Assembly (NCBI GenBank): GCA_951406725.2
Contig: OX597815.1
Span: 21,886,001 to 21,950,000, forward strand
DNA length: 64,000 nt
Direction: 5' to 3'
DNA from: Octopus vulgaris
Lineage: Eukaryota
Every line of letters begins with the position of its first letter. The first letter of the stretch is position 1. Both the position numbers and the translations under genes were made by a program. Of this stretch, positions 41,401 to 53,409 are shown piece by piece. The notes below the pieces were generated by a model. That model did no database searches. It had not been told where the DNA came from and saw nothing but the letters and a program-made list of their open reading frames with translations.

Positions 41401-42202
41401 TATTGGGTGATAAATTCTATACAAGTTTGAGATAGAGTGAAGGAGTGCCACAGAAAATAGCTACAGAGTGAAAGGATTGAGAAGGTGAGGAGTAGAGACA
41501 ATTTGGCTGGCAGACAGATTGTAAATGAGTTTTTGAGGGAGCTATTCGAATGGAATGTTTTTTTCTCCTCTTATTCCAGTAGACCGCAGCCTATTTAATA
41601 ATAATGATATTTACATTTGAATATTGTGGCAACATTTAAAAATATTGATTTTTATGGAATACACGTATTCATAGGCAGTGGGATTAAAAAAACCCAAAAA
41701 AACATATTACTCAGAGCAGGAGAGGCTGTAGTCTAACGTCCAGACGGGTGAGATCATGCGGTGTACGATCAGTTAGAACATCTGTGGATCGATATTTGCA
41801 AGAAAACTTGAGCATGTAGAGAGATCCCGTACGACTTATACTGACAAGAAAGGATTGGGTAAATGAGTCATGTGGGATTGAAATGTTGCAGCATTCAGAC
41901 CGCTGTTAAGGGCATCATCGGGTTAAGTGAATGAAGAGAAATTGACAAGTGAAAATCGATATCGACTCGAGGATTTTTCTGAGGACATTCATTGCTAATG
42001 AAATATCAGCTCTTATAGTTAATTACAATATTAGTTTATTTTGATTAGGAACAACACCTTTATTACTGTTAGTGTTTAAAACCATTCCGCCTCTGCCCCT
42101 TAAATTGCATGTAATTAATGCAAGAAAAATCGCTATGATACGGCATCTTACTTCGTAATGGTTGTGTATATGTCAAAATAATACTGATGCACACACACGA
42201 AA

Positions 42203-42214
<12 letters not shown>

Positions 42215-42239
<25 letters not shown>

Positions 42240-42506
42240 GCTCACACACACGCACATACAGAGAGACAAACTTAGACACCCCCACCTCACCCCACACGCA
42301 CGCTCACACTCACAACAAACAGAAACACACAGATACCCCTCCACACACACACACACACACACATACACACACACAAACACGCTCACACACACGCACATAC
42401 AGAGAGACAAACTTAGACACCCCCACCCCAACCCACACGCGCACACAAACTCACAACACACAGAAACACACAGATACCCCTCCACACACACACACACACA
42501 CACACA
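42215..42506. repeat. Tandem duplication (period about 141 bp) of a CA-rich unit
   Basis: AGAGAGACAAACTTAGACACCCCCAC at 42260 and 42401. Confidence 0.85.
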
Positions 42507-42938
42507 CGTGGCAAACACTTGTGTACTGAGGTTATTCTGTCTTCGATTTCCGAATTCAGAAGTTAATGTTTCAGCAGGCGGTGAAGCAGTACTGCAGGTG
42601 CTTCCTTCCATAGCAACAGCAGAGCAACCCGTAACAACTCACCGAAGTAGGCGACAAAACACCCTACAACAATATGAGTTTTATCAAATCAGATGTTTCG
42701 ACTCTGGACCAGGTATTTCTATCATCCTCAATGTTCATTCTTGCTGCATAACTCGTCCACTCTCTTAAGCCAGATGTAATGACTTGCTTTGTTAGTGGCT
42801 TCTGAGAATTTTCTGGCAAGATCATTTCTCTCTTTTGCTGCTTGTCCAAAATATCTGAGCATTGAGTGACCCCTGTTTAAAAAAAAATCCTCTGTCACTT
42901 GTCTCCACAGAAATGTATATTGTCTCCCACCTTTTTGA

Positions 42939-43170
42939 AGGCGGCGAGCTGGCAGAAACGTTAGCACGCCGGGTGAAATGCGTAGCCGTATTTCGTCTGT
43001 CGTTACGTTGTGAGTTCAAAATCCGTCGAGGTCGACTTTGCCTTTCATCCTTTCGGGGTCGATAAATTAAGTACCAGTTACGCACTGGGGTCGATGCAAT
43101 CGACTTAATCCCTTTGTTTGTCCTTGTTTGTCCTCTCTATGTTTAGCCCCTTGTGGGCAGTTAAGAAATA
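42939..43170 (+). mobile_element. SINE family A monomer
   Basis: Full copy with TSD TATATTGTCTCCCACC. Confidence 0.92.
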
Positions 43171-43835
43171 TATATTGTCTCCCACCCATTATTTTCACGG
43201 AGTCCAACCGACTCCCTGTACGAGTTTTTCTGTCTCTCCAGAGTAAGTCGATCCATATAAGTCGTATTATCCTATTGTTGGATACATGCCCACACCTTAT
43301 CTTTCCAGAATGATTTGATTAATGCCATGCAAGCGAGATCAGCATTTAAGCATGTTTGATTTCGGCATTTACACATTTTTACTCACCTGATAGATCATTT
43401 CTATATTTCTGGCGTATTTAATAGTTTTATAGATACTTTATCCTCGGTAGATTCACTAAAAAGCAACTACTCGAGGAAACTTTTGGAACAGATGTGTAGA
43501 TTTATACAGATTCACGTTATAAATTATCCAATCACAGATGTTGAAGGCATTAATTACTGTCACCGTAAGCAGGCTACAAAATATCTCTTTCGCGGGATAC
43601 GATCCTGAAATATCCGTGATTCGAGTAATTTAGTTTCATACCACTTTGTTATTACTGAAATCCTTTCAATAACTTCGATATTTTGCAATAAAGAAGCAAA
43701 AAAAAAAAAGAAAGAAAAAGCATAATCGAAATTATATAAAGGGAAGAAAGAAGAGTGTTAATACAGAGAGAGTGGGATGGATAAAAGACTGAATGAGATA
43801 CGAAGTGGACAGGAATGATAGATGGAAGAGAGGGG

Positions 43836-43860
43836 GAGACAGAGAGAGAGAGACGGAGAG

Positions 43861-43901
<41 letters not shown>

Positions 43902-44283
43902 CGGAGAGAGAGAAAGAGAGAGACGGAGAGAGAGAAAGAGAGAGACGGAGAGAGAGAAAGAGAGAGACGGAGAGAGACGGAGAGAGAGAAAGAGAGAGAC
44001 GGAGAGAGAGAAAGAGAGAGAGACGGAGAGAGAGAAAGAGAGAGACGGAGAGAGAGAAAGAGAGAGACGGAGAGAGAGAAAGAGAGAGACGGAGAGAGAG
44101 AAAGAGAGAGACGGAGAGAGAGAAAGAGAGAGACGGAGAGAGACGGAGAGAGAGACGGAGAGAGAGAAAGAGAGAGACGGAGAGAGAGAAAGAGAGAGGC
44201 GGAGAGAGAGGAGAGAGAGAAAGAGAGAGACGGAGAGAGAGAAAGAGAGAGACGGAGAGAGAGAAAGAGAGAGAGAGAGAGAG
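43836..44283. repeat. 22-bp purine minisatellite (ACGGAGAGAGAGAAAGAGAGAG)n
   Basis: Unit visible directly. It explains the ER/SL-rich pseudo-ORFs. Confidence 0.92.
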
Positions 44284-45067
44284 GAAGAGTGATAAAGAAG
44301 GAGAGTAGGAGATAGGGATAGTGGACGATTGAATATGAGATATAATTGGAAAACACAAGGGAGATGAAATATAAAGACATAAAGAAAGTAAATATTATTG
44401 ATTATGCAATGGAGCAGGTATAGTGATATGATATATGAATTTCCTCTACTCATCTGCGTAGGAGGGAAAAACCGAATATCTTTCTCTCTTTATTTCCGAG
44501 CTATCCGAACCAGATATACAGATTTGTTACCCAGTCTAATTAGTTGTCTGAAAAAAATGATTGCAAAAAAAAAAAAAAAAAAAAAAAAAAAGAAACTAAC
44601 AAAAAAACTAAACAATATAAAAGGGAAACACTGCAAAGGGGCTATATAATATATATATAAAAAAACAGTATGCATATCTCACAACAAGTATGTAATAACC
44701 GTATAGAATGAGAATATATAATTCCCTGAACTGTAAATAACGAAGTGAATGAGTCTAATTTCATGAAATAAATGACTAATTTAGATTGTTTTTTCGCTTT
44801 CTTCTGTGAAACTCTTTCTTCCTAGGTTTCATTTTCATAATCTCATCTTTCCCTATGCCTTTATTTCCCCTTTCAACACGAATGCTCATCCCTTTCCTTG
44901 TCTCTCTTCTGTCTTTTGTTCTCTTTTCCCTTTGTTTTATTTTGTTGTACTTTCTTATTATCCGTGTATTTTATTGTTACTCATTCGTTCTCAATTATTC
45001 TTCTCAAAGCATGACTGACTTTAATTCATCCTTGTTTTCTACTCAAACCTTCATCATTCTTTGCACG

Positions 45068-45133
<66 letters not shown>

Positions 45134-45875
45134 AACGCTCCTCACCTCCCAACTCTCCACCTCTCCATATTCTCCCTGCAGTCTATGTTTTCATGCACTA
45201 TTTTTTTTTCATATTCATCCCGTTTAATTCTCTTTCTATCCTCTATTCAGCCTCTCTGCCAATTTTAACCTCTATGTCATCATCCATCAATAAACGGACA
45301 CGCCAAAAATTTAAAAAAACCCCCACAAAACATGAATGAAAAAGTAATTTATGGAAAGATTTCCATTTTTTCTCTCAATCCATCTTTATATCCCTTCTCC
45401 AATATATACTTCCCAACTGTTGGATCTACTCTAATGAGTCACATAGCTACACTCGTAGCCGATCAAAAATTCAGATAAGTCGACTTGTATTTCGTCAGTA
45501 GTCTAGTCAGTTTGACGTTGAACACCAGTTTTCGTCCCACTAATTCGGAACTAGGAAACGAATTTAAGATTTTTGGTCAACTTTGCAACGCAGCTTCGCT
45601 AGTGGAATATCAAATCAGGGGACAGTACTTCCAAAGACTGAACTCTCGTCCATATTATCAATTCGATATTACATCTGCCCTTTCCACTTTTCAAAAAGTA
45701 TTGACCTAATTAACTAACAATCTGAGCTTACAAAATAGCTTCTGGATTTTTATAGATACCGTATGTATGTATGTATGTATGTATGTATGTATGTATGTAT
45801 GTATGTATGTATGTATGTATGTAGTATATGTGTATTTCTATGTCTGTGCGTGTGCGCACGAACTTAGTTCGCGAA

Positions 45876-46375
45876 GTTAGTTAAAATAAGTTTGTAACAT
45901 TTCAACTTTTAAAGGCAAATTCACTGGAGTTACAAAGGAGGAAAGACATAACAAAAGGTGTAAAAGCATCACATCTGCCCAGTGTTTCCCCCTGTCGGAT
46001 TCCCAGACGCAGCGTTTCTGGCTCTTTAGTCGTTACCAATGGGAAATACCTAAGAGAGGTAACTCTGCGCAAATTTAAAGCCGTAGCTTTAACTAAACAC
46101 ATAGTCAACGATGTTGATTAAACTACGCTATTAGACCGTCAGGTCGGGAGAAAATTCAGGAGTACCAGCGCCAAGAAGTGTTTAGGGACGAGAACAACTT
46201 AAGGCAACGGTTAAAGAGGTAGAAACGCTGCGTCTGGGAATCTGGCAGAGAGAAACACTGAGCAGATACGGAGTTTTTAAACATTTTACTATAAGAGATA
46301 ATTTTTTTCTCCGCTGTAACAGTAGTGAATTTGCCTTTAGAAATTGAAATATGCCACAAACATATTTTAACTAAC
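45876..46375. mobile_element. Fold-back/MITE-like element with ~165-bp inverted arms
   Basis: 45876-46037 is the diverged reverse complement of 46203-46375 (e.g. GATTCCCAGACGCAGCGTTTCT / AGAAACGCTGCGTCTGGGAATC). Confidence 0.7.
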
Positions 46376-46633
46376 CAAAAAATCGCTTAAGCACTGCTTA
46401 AGGCGAGATGGGAGGTGATGGGCACGTAAGAGTTTAATGAATTAAGAGGTGCAAAAAGAAAAATATTCGTTTAAACCAGTTGTTGGCATGGTTCAAGATC
46501 TAATATGAAAAGTTGTCTCTTCTGTTGGATCCATAGTGTGCGGAGATGTCACACGCTGATGTGTGAGAGATGGAATGATCTGTAGCATTGAAGTGAATAG
46601 CGATAGGTGTGTACACACACATGCACACACAGA

Positions 46634-46675
<42 letters not shown>

Positions 46676-46723
46676 ATATTTATCTATTTATCTATCTATC
46701 TATATAAACAAAAAGAATCCCGT

Positions 46724-46782
<59 letters not shown>

Positions 46783-46812
46783 TGCATATGTGTGTGCATT
46801 CATGTCTATATA

Positions 46813-46870
<58 letters not shown>

Positions 46871-47142
46871 TATATATACATATATATACATATACATATA
46901 TATAGATTTCCTCGATTTGGGCGAATACGGGTCAAAACAACAACAACAAGAACGACGATAACAACAACACTAGCAGCAGCAGCAACAACAAAAGCAAGGA
47001 TGTCTTAGCAGTATTACTGACCCCAAGAAAATCAATGCATTGGGCTCCTAAACCCGTGAGGACCCCGAGCAAATGTACAATGTTCTCAAACCTTAAGACA
47101 GTACTGGTAGCAACCACAATAACGGCAATAAACACAAAATAA

Positions 47143-47373
47143 GGCGGCGAGCTGGCAGAAACGTTAGCACGCCGGGCGAAATGCTTAGCGGTATTTCGCC
47201 TGCGGTTACGTTCTGAGTTCAAATTCCGCCGAGGTCGACTTTGCCTTTCATCCTTTCGGGGTCGATTAAATAAGTACCAGTTACGCACTGGGGTCGATAT
47301 AATCGACTTAATCCGTTTGTCTGTCCTTGTTTGTCCCCTCTATGTTTAGCCCCTTGTGGGCAGTAAAGAAATA
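47143..47373 (+). mobile_element. SINE family A monomer
   Basis: Full copy with TSD AATAAACACAAAAT. Confidence 0.92.
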
Positions 47374-47405
47374 AATAAACACAAAATTATTTAAAGCAGC
47401 GCTGC

Positions 47406-47609
47406 TTTACCGTCGATCGAGTATATATTTCTGACAATGTCTTACCAGTAACACTTTATAAGTTGGAATATTATGTAAAAATCTGTTAATCTGTCTCAAG
47501 CAGCTCGGTTTCTGAGCACCAAATAAAAAATTCTTTTCCATAGAGGCTTAAGAATAATTCCAAATATATTTAAGACATTGTCAGAAATATGTACTTGATC
47601 GACGGTAAA
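47406..47609. repeat. 39-bp inverted repeat pair, 126-bp spacer
   Basis: 47406-47444 versus 47571-47609, 37/39 complementary. Confidence 0.85.
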
Positions 47610-47780
47610 AGCTGGTGTTCACTTAACATTAAACTGAATAATCAATAGTTGGTAAAATACTATGGTCAACAAACCAGTCAGTATTTGTTATTCACTTGTT
47701 GGTAGGTAGCATTTATTGATCATTTATTGATAGAATCGGGATATTAGTACCTGGTAAAATCAAACATTTAGATTGTACAG

Positions 47781-48235
47781 TTTACTCTTTTACTCTTTTT
47801 ACTCTTTTACTTGTTTCAGTCGTTTGATTGTGGCCATGCTGGAGCACCGCCTTTAGTCGAGCAAATCGATGCCAGGACTTATTCTTTGTAAGCCTAGTAC
47901 TTATTCTATCGGTCTCTTATGCCGAACCGCTAAGTTACGAGGACGTAAACACACCACCATCAGTTGTCAAGCGATGTTAGGGGGACAAACACAGGCACAC
48001 AAACACACAAACACACACACACACACACACACGCATATATATATATATATATATATATACATACATATATACGACGGGCTTCTTTCAGTTTCCGTCTATC
48101 AAACCCACTCACAAGGCTTTGGTAGGCCCAGAGCTATAGTAGAAGACACTTACCCAAGGTGCCATGCAGTGGGACTGAACCCGGAAATCATGTGGTTGGT
48201 AAGCAAGCTACTAAAACACTGCCACTGTTGCGCCT
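47781..48235 (-). mobile_element. Family-B CORE-SINE, full length
   Basis: Colinear with 1195-1680. Here the internal microsatellite is (CA)/(TA). Confidence 0.88.
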
Positions 48236-48462
48236 ATGAAGAAATTTATGAAGAAGTTTATGAAGAAATTGATCAACATAAAATATCAAAACATCGAATT
48301 AGAAAATAAGTACCAGCTTGAAGTCCTCTTTCGAAGTAGTAATGAAAGAACTGACAGAAAAACCACATTATTAATGACTTAAGAGACTAAATACACAAGA
48401 GAATCACAACTAGGTACTAAAATCGGACAAAATTTTTTTAAAAATTTTATCGGCGAGCATAC

Positions 48463-48574
48463 GGCAGGAAGCTGGTAGAATCGTTAGCACGCTGGGTGAA
48501 ATGCTTATCGGCATTTCGTCCGTCTTTACGTTCTGAGTTCAAATTCCGCCGGGATCGATTTTGCCTTTCATTCT
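48463..48574 (+). mobile_element. Old family-A SINE 5' fragment
   Basis: Head, hairpin and box B, ending at TTGCCTTTCATTCT. Confidence 0.75.
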
Positions 48575-48641
48575 ATGGCGCAGTGGTTAAGAGCACGGGC
48601 TACTAACCCCAAGATTCCGAGTTCAATTCCAAGCAGTGACC

Positions 48642-48690
<49 letters not shown>

Positions 48691-48712
48691 CAACAACAAC
48701 AACAACAACAAC

Positions 48713-48772
<60 letters not shown>

Positions 48773-49236
48773 TTAAACTGACAGAAAGATAGATGCAAAT
48801 AGGCCAGACATCATATTGAAAGACTTCAGACAAAGAACATGCCTCCTCATCGATATAATCGATATAAACGTATCTGTCAAGACCTACCAAAAACTGAGCA
48901 AATATAAAGATCTTGAAATAGAAATCAGCAAAATGTGGAACCTGAAGACTAAAACAATACCTGTTGTCATAGGTGCCCTGGGAATGATAGCAAAAGGGGC
49001 TGATTGCTACCTAACTCAGATATCAGGAAACCCGAAAATGGCAGAAATTCAAAAGATAATGCTCATGGGAACTGCTCATATCCTACGCAAAATACTTTCT
49101 ACGTAATCTCAAGTTTTAAAACAAACATAATTTTCGTATAGTTTTTTTAGACATTCACTAGTACAACACTAAATACAAAACCAAATATATGGCACACTAG
49201 GCATAACAACAACATGAACTTCCAACCTGTTGTCTC
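48773..49236 (+). mobile_element. 5'-truncated R4/Dong LINE (restriction-like endonuclease domain + 3' UTR) in (TAA)n
   Basis: TDRKIDANRPDIILKD..LLID..QKLSKYKDL..MW..IPVVIGALG..LMGTAHILRKILS, stop at 49106. (TAA)n on both sides. Confidence 0.9.
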
Positions 49237-49333
49237 TAATAATAATAATAATAATAATAATAACAACAACAACAACAACTATAACATCGAAATGTACCTT
49301 AGGAATGAGAACCCAGGTTCGAAATTTCCCCAT

Positions 49334-49377
49334 GACACCCGATGAAGGCTGAAGGGTATCAGCCGAAACGTTGTGTC
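49334..49377 (+). ncRNA. Minimal type I hammerhead ribozyme motif (U4C)
   Basis: GACAC-CCGATGA-A-GGCTGA(AGGGTA)TCAGCC-GAAA-CG-TT-GTGTC, with perfect 5-bp stem I and 6-bp stem II. Confidence 0.72.
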
Positions 49378-49705
49378 AACAACACACAAGATGAAGACAA
49401 ATATCCGTCAAATGTAAATAATATAAATAATGTACATAATTCCTCATCTTTTAAATATGGAACAGTGAAAGAATTCTTTCCAATTTATGTACAAGGCCAG
49501 AAAATTTGAAGGGAGGTTTTAGCCGATTAAATCGACCTCAACACTTGACCAGTACTTTATTTCATCCGCCTTAAAAAGATAAAAGGCAAAGTTGACCATA
49601 TCCAGAATTTGAACTTAGTGTATAAAAACAGGAAGGGTCAGTTAAAGTTGAGACAGTGTCACGTGACAACTTGCTGGGGCTGTCTGCTGGAGGCTATGCG
49701 GCAGG

Positions 49706-49740
49706 TATTTAAAGGGAAAAATTTGACAAGAAAGTCAGTC
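49706..49740 (+). promoter_or_regulatory. TATA-Inr Pol II core promoter within a 343-bp insertion
   Basis: TATTTAAA at 49706 and TCAGTC Inr with A at 49737 (31-nt spacing). Palindromic E-box TGTCACGTGACA at 49657-49668. Confidence 0.45.
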
Positions 49741-51195
49741 GCCCGCTGACACTCGTTGACGCTACATCGAAGAGGCCAGGGAATAGAAGAAAGAAGAAAG
49801 AAGACATGCACCCAACACCAGAGCTGAAGACACCTCCGAAAGGTGGGGTGGGGGTGGGGGTTCGCGCCACATCAAAACGGTAGAGGAGTAGGGGCCGAAA
49901 CCGGACGTGGTTCCTCCTGATGATGTCTTGAGCTAACTGGATCCTATAAAGGAGCTGTTGTGGTAGCAGACCACGGTTGAAATTCCCGCAAGGCATTTTG
50001 TCCGATGCTAAAACGATTCTGCCAATATGGAATGTGAAATAGTAGAAAGTGATATCAAGCTGTTTTGAAAACCTTTAGAGACTTACTTTTATCTCATTTA
50101 TTTGTAATCATAATTAATTGGTAGTATAAATGAAGCTTGTATAACATTAGTTCTGCGCACCAATTTTTATGAAGTACTTAATTTGTATAAAAGAATAATT
50201 AAGTTAAATGATAATTACGTCACTGAACCTCGGATTGATTAAATGATTATTAGTTAAGTTGGGTTTTCATTATTTATAACGTAGCAGATTAAAACCCTTA
50301 TGTAATACTGTCACTAAATTAAAAAACAAAGCAAAAATGAAACAAACCTTAGCTAAAAAAATCCGCAAAAATATTTCAATATATAAAAAATATTGAAGGC
50401 CAACCTGTTATGGCAGTATTGTCAGATTAATTGAGGTTAGTGCTGTTAATGATTAACATTAGCTATCAATGAAAGACTCGGATAATTAACCATCAAGTTG
50501 CTGTTTGCGTTTTCTTATTGTAGACAAGTCTAGACAAGAAACTAAACTGGAATTTCAGCATCAGTTTTTATTAAGCTTCAATCATTTTTATTGCGAGCTA
50601 ATTTTATGATAACAACATCGAAATCAACTTCTGCCTCATTGAAGATAACTGATAGCGATTTATATAAGAAGGGAGATTTTCAGATGTTGGTCATCATAGA
50701 TTGTAGTGATGTTATATAATTTGTCTTGCAACCCGATAACTGTTTTGTTTTAAATTTTGTGTAGAGAACAAAAGTTTGTGCATAGAGCAAAATGTTTGAA
50801 ATGGCCAAATAGTGAATGCAACAGGGATAGTTTGACTGAAATTGCAATTTAAATTTGATTACAATTTAATATAATTTTGTACATACTTCTAGTTTAGGCG
50901 TAAAATGAAAATCTATGACAAAAAGGTGTTGTAAATAATGTTCATGGCTCTTTCAAAGGGTCTTAGCGATGTAAGTGACATGAATATTGTTATGCTCAAG
51001 AGTATTACTTAATCGTTTAAATGTTGATTTCTTTCCGTAAATATGAGGTTTTCAATTTACAAAGGTAACATATAAGTAGAACTTTAATGTTTGTTTCAAG
51101 GAGGGAATTGGGTTTAACTAGGAACTGAAACCAATTCGCGAATTGAACATACCAAGAAATCAACTTGTTTTCTTCACTAGTATTTTACTATTTAA

Positions 51196-51615
51196 GGCGG
51201 CAAGCTGGCAGAAGCGTTAGCATGTCGGGCGAAATGCTTAGCGATATTTCGTCTGCCGTTACGTTCTGAGTTCAAATTCCGCCGAGGTCGACTTTGCCTT
51301 TCATCCTTTCGCGGTCGATAAATTAAGTACCAGTTGCGCACTGGAGTCGATATAATCGACTTAATCCGTCTGTATGTCCTTGTTTTCCCTCTGTGTTTAG
51401 CCCCTTGTGGGTAGTAAAGAAATAGGAAATAGGTATTTCGTCTACCGCTCCGTTCTGAGTTCAAATTCCGCCGAGGTCAACTTTGCCTTTCATCCTTTCG
51501 GGATCGATTAAATAAGTACCAGTTACGCACTGAGGTCGGTATAATCGACTTAATCCGTTTGTCTGTCATTGTTTGTCCTCTCTGTGTTTGGTCCCTTGTG
51601 GGTAGTAAAGAAATA
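51196..51615 (+). mobile_element. SINE family A, head + 2 units
   Basis: Junction GAAATAG-GAAATA-GGTATTTCGTCT at about 51432. TSD GTATTTTRCTATTTA. Confidence 0.9.
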
Positions 51616-52616
51616 GGTATTTTGCTATTTAGATTACGCCCGAAGCTGAATTTCTTCTGGAGTAAATACATTCGAATTAACAGATGTCATTGTTGTACTA
51701 CTACTCACTAACGAGTCCAGCGAGATCAAAGACAAAGGCAAACTTATCATTAGTAGGATATTGTCAAAATCTTGACTGATGATAATACTACAACACATAT
51801 AACTGGATGCTTTGAACGTAATGTCAGTTTTCCAGAATTAACATATAAATATCCCAATATTGTCTTTTCGATTGACATTTAATCTGTTCCTTTATTCATA
51901 TTAATATGCTTTTGTCTTCAGCACATTCACATGAGTAGGGTTAATGCTTCAGTGATATATCAAAATAAAGAAAGATGATATTTTTATCAGCTATCCTTAT
52001 GGGCAGTACACATATTTGCAGTAAATAAATAGTTCGATAACATTTATTTACTTAAAACGTCTACAAGTAAAATCATAAGAATATGGTATTTTATATACCT
52101 TTTTTATATTAATATTGCAATTTTTCGATGAAGGTTTCCAACAGTTTAAACATTTATATTTGACTATTATCTCTGCGAGTAAACTATTCGTTTCGATCGT
52201 TCCCAGACTCTTACCAGGATACACATTTGTTTCCTGATGAAGGTCTGGGAGAGATCCGAAACAAATCACACTTTTATTTATTTATTTATTTTATGTGACA
52301 GATTTAAAAAAAAATGTTTTCAACGGATCAATCGCACGTTCACTGTGTTTCTGGCGACTAGAGTGACAAGTTGGGATTGTCTATAATTCGACGCAGAACA
52401 AATGCCTCGAGAATTGCTGACCTTATCGCAACAGTTTTCTGCCCGATATTTACGTTTCTGACGAATTAGATCAGGGAAATATATGTACATAAGCGCAAGC
52501 ATTCTTGTATGGTCATGAAGGTTGTTTTGCATCCGTAATATCAGATTGGACAGTTTCGTGAGTAAAATTTGGTAGACAGAAACGGTGCAGAAATCCATTG
52601 TTACACACACACACAC

Positions 52617-52656
<40 letters not shown>

Positions 52657-52842
52657 CTGCGTATGTAAGTCATATCATATATAGCATATATATAGTATAG
52701 AATACATTTTACGTTTCTGCATATAGTCATATATTTACAAGTATGCGCACGAGCATGTGTGTAGCACAGACACATACACACACACACATACACACACACA
52801 CATACTCTCTCTCCCCCTCGAAGATTATGAGTACATAGATAT

Positions 52843-53409
52843 AAATACAAACTTGTTACCTGTTCAAATTTTCTTGAGGCATATTCGAATCCGTTAGGAA
52901 GCCACTGTATTTTGTCACGGAGAAAATTTCTTGCTGATGACAGATAGGTGTAAAAACACCGAGTCATTTCGCAGCACTCCCCAACCAGAATGGTGGAGGC
53001 ATGCATTTCGGAATGGTTATCTCCTCCTCATCACCAGAAACTGGAATATCAGACACCGCGAACTGACAACAGAGACAAGTCCCTGCCGTACAATGACTAG
53101 TTATGCTAGTCGGCGGCTCACCGTAAATAATATGCGAGACGAAATCGCTAAGCAGTGGTGTTTAATACAAACTTATTTGCATTTCAAATATGTCTGAGGC
53201 ATATTCGAACTTGTAAGAAATCCATTCACTGCATTTTGTAATGGAGAAAATTTCTCACCGTAGAGAGATAAGTGTAAACACACCAAATCAGTTCGAAGCA
53301 TCTCCGCCAACAAAACTGGTGAATGCATGCATTTCGAGGTTGTTATCACCTCTTCAGCTCAAGAAACCGAAAACGCAAACGCTGCGAACTTGGAGGAGAC
53401 AGGACCCTG
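52843..53409. repeat. Old diverged tandem duplication, period about 321 bp
   Basis: AATACAAACTT..TGAGGCATATTCGAA..GGAGAAAATTTCT..GCATGCATTTCG..CCCTG at 52843-53085 and 53164-53409. Confidence 0.8.

Larger units (their letters stand above)
48575..49460 (+). mobile_element. tRNA(Ser-like)-headed SINE (family D) with internal (AAT)n and hammerhead tail
   Basis: Box A TGGCGCAGTGG (48576), anticodon-like arm GGG-CTACTAA-CCC, box B GAGTTCAATTCC (48619), (AAT)n, tail 49283-49460. Linkage of head and tail is inferred across the nested LINE. Confidence 0.6.

Noticed and set aside
48575-48640. Functional tRNA-Ser gene
   Set aside because: No acceptor stem or long variable arm, anticodon ACT, and it runs directly into (AAT)n. 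It is a SINE head.
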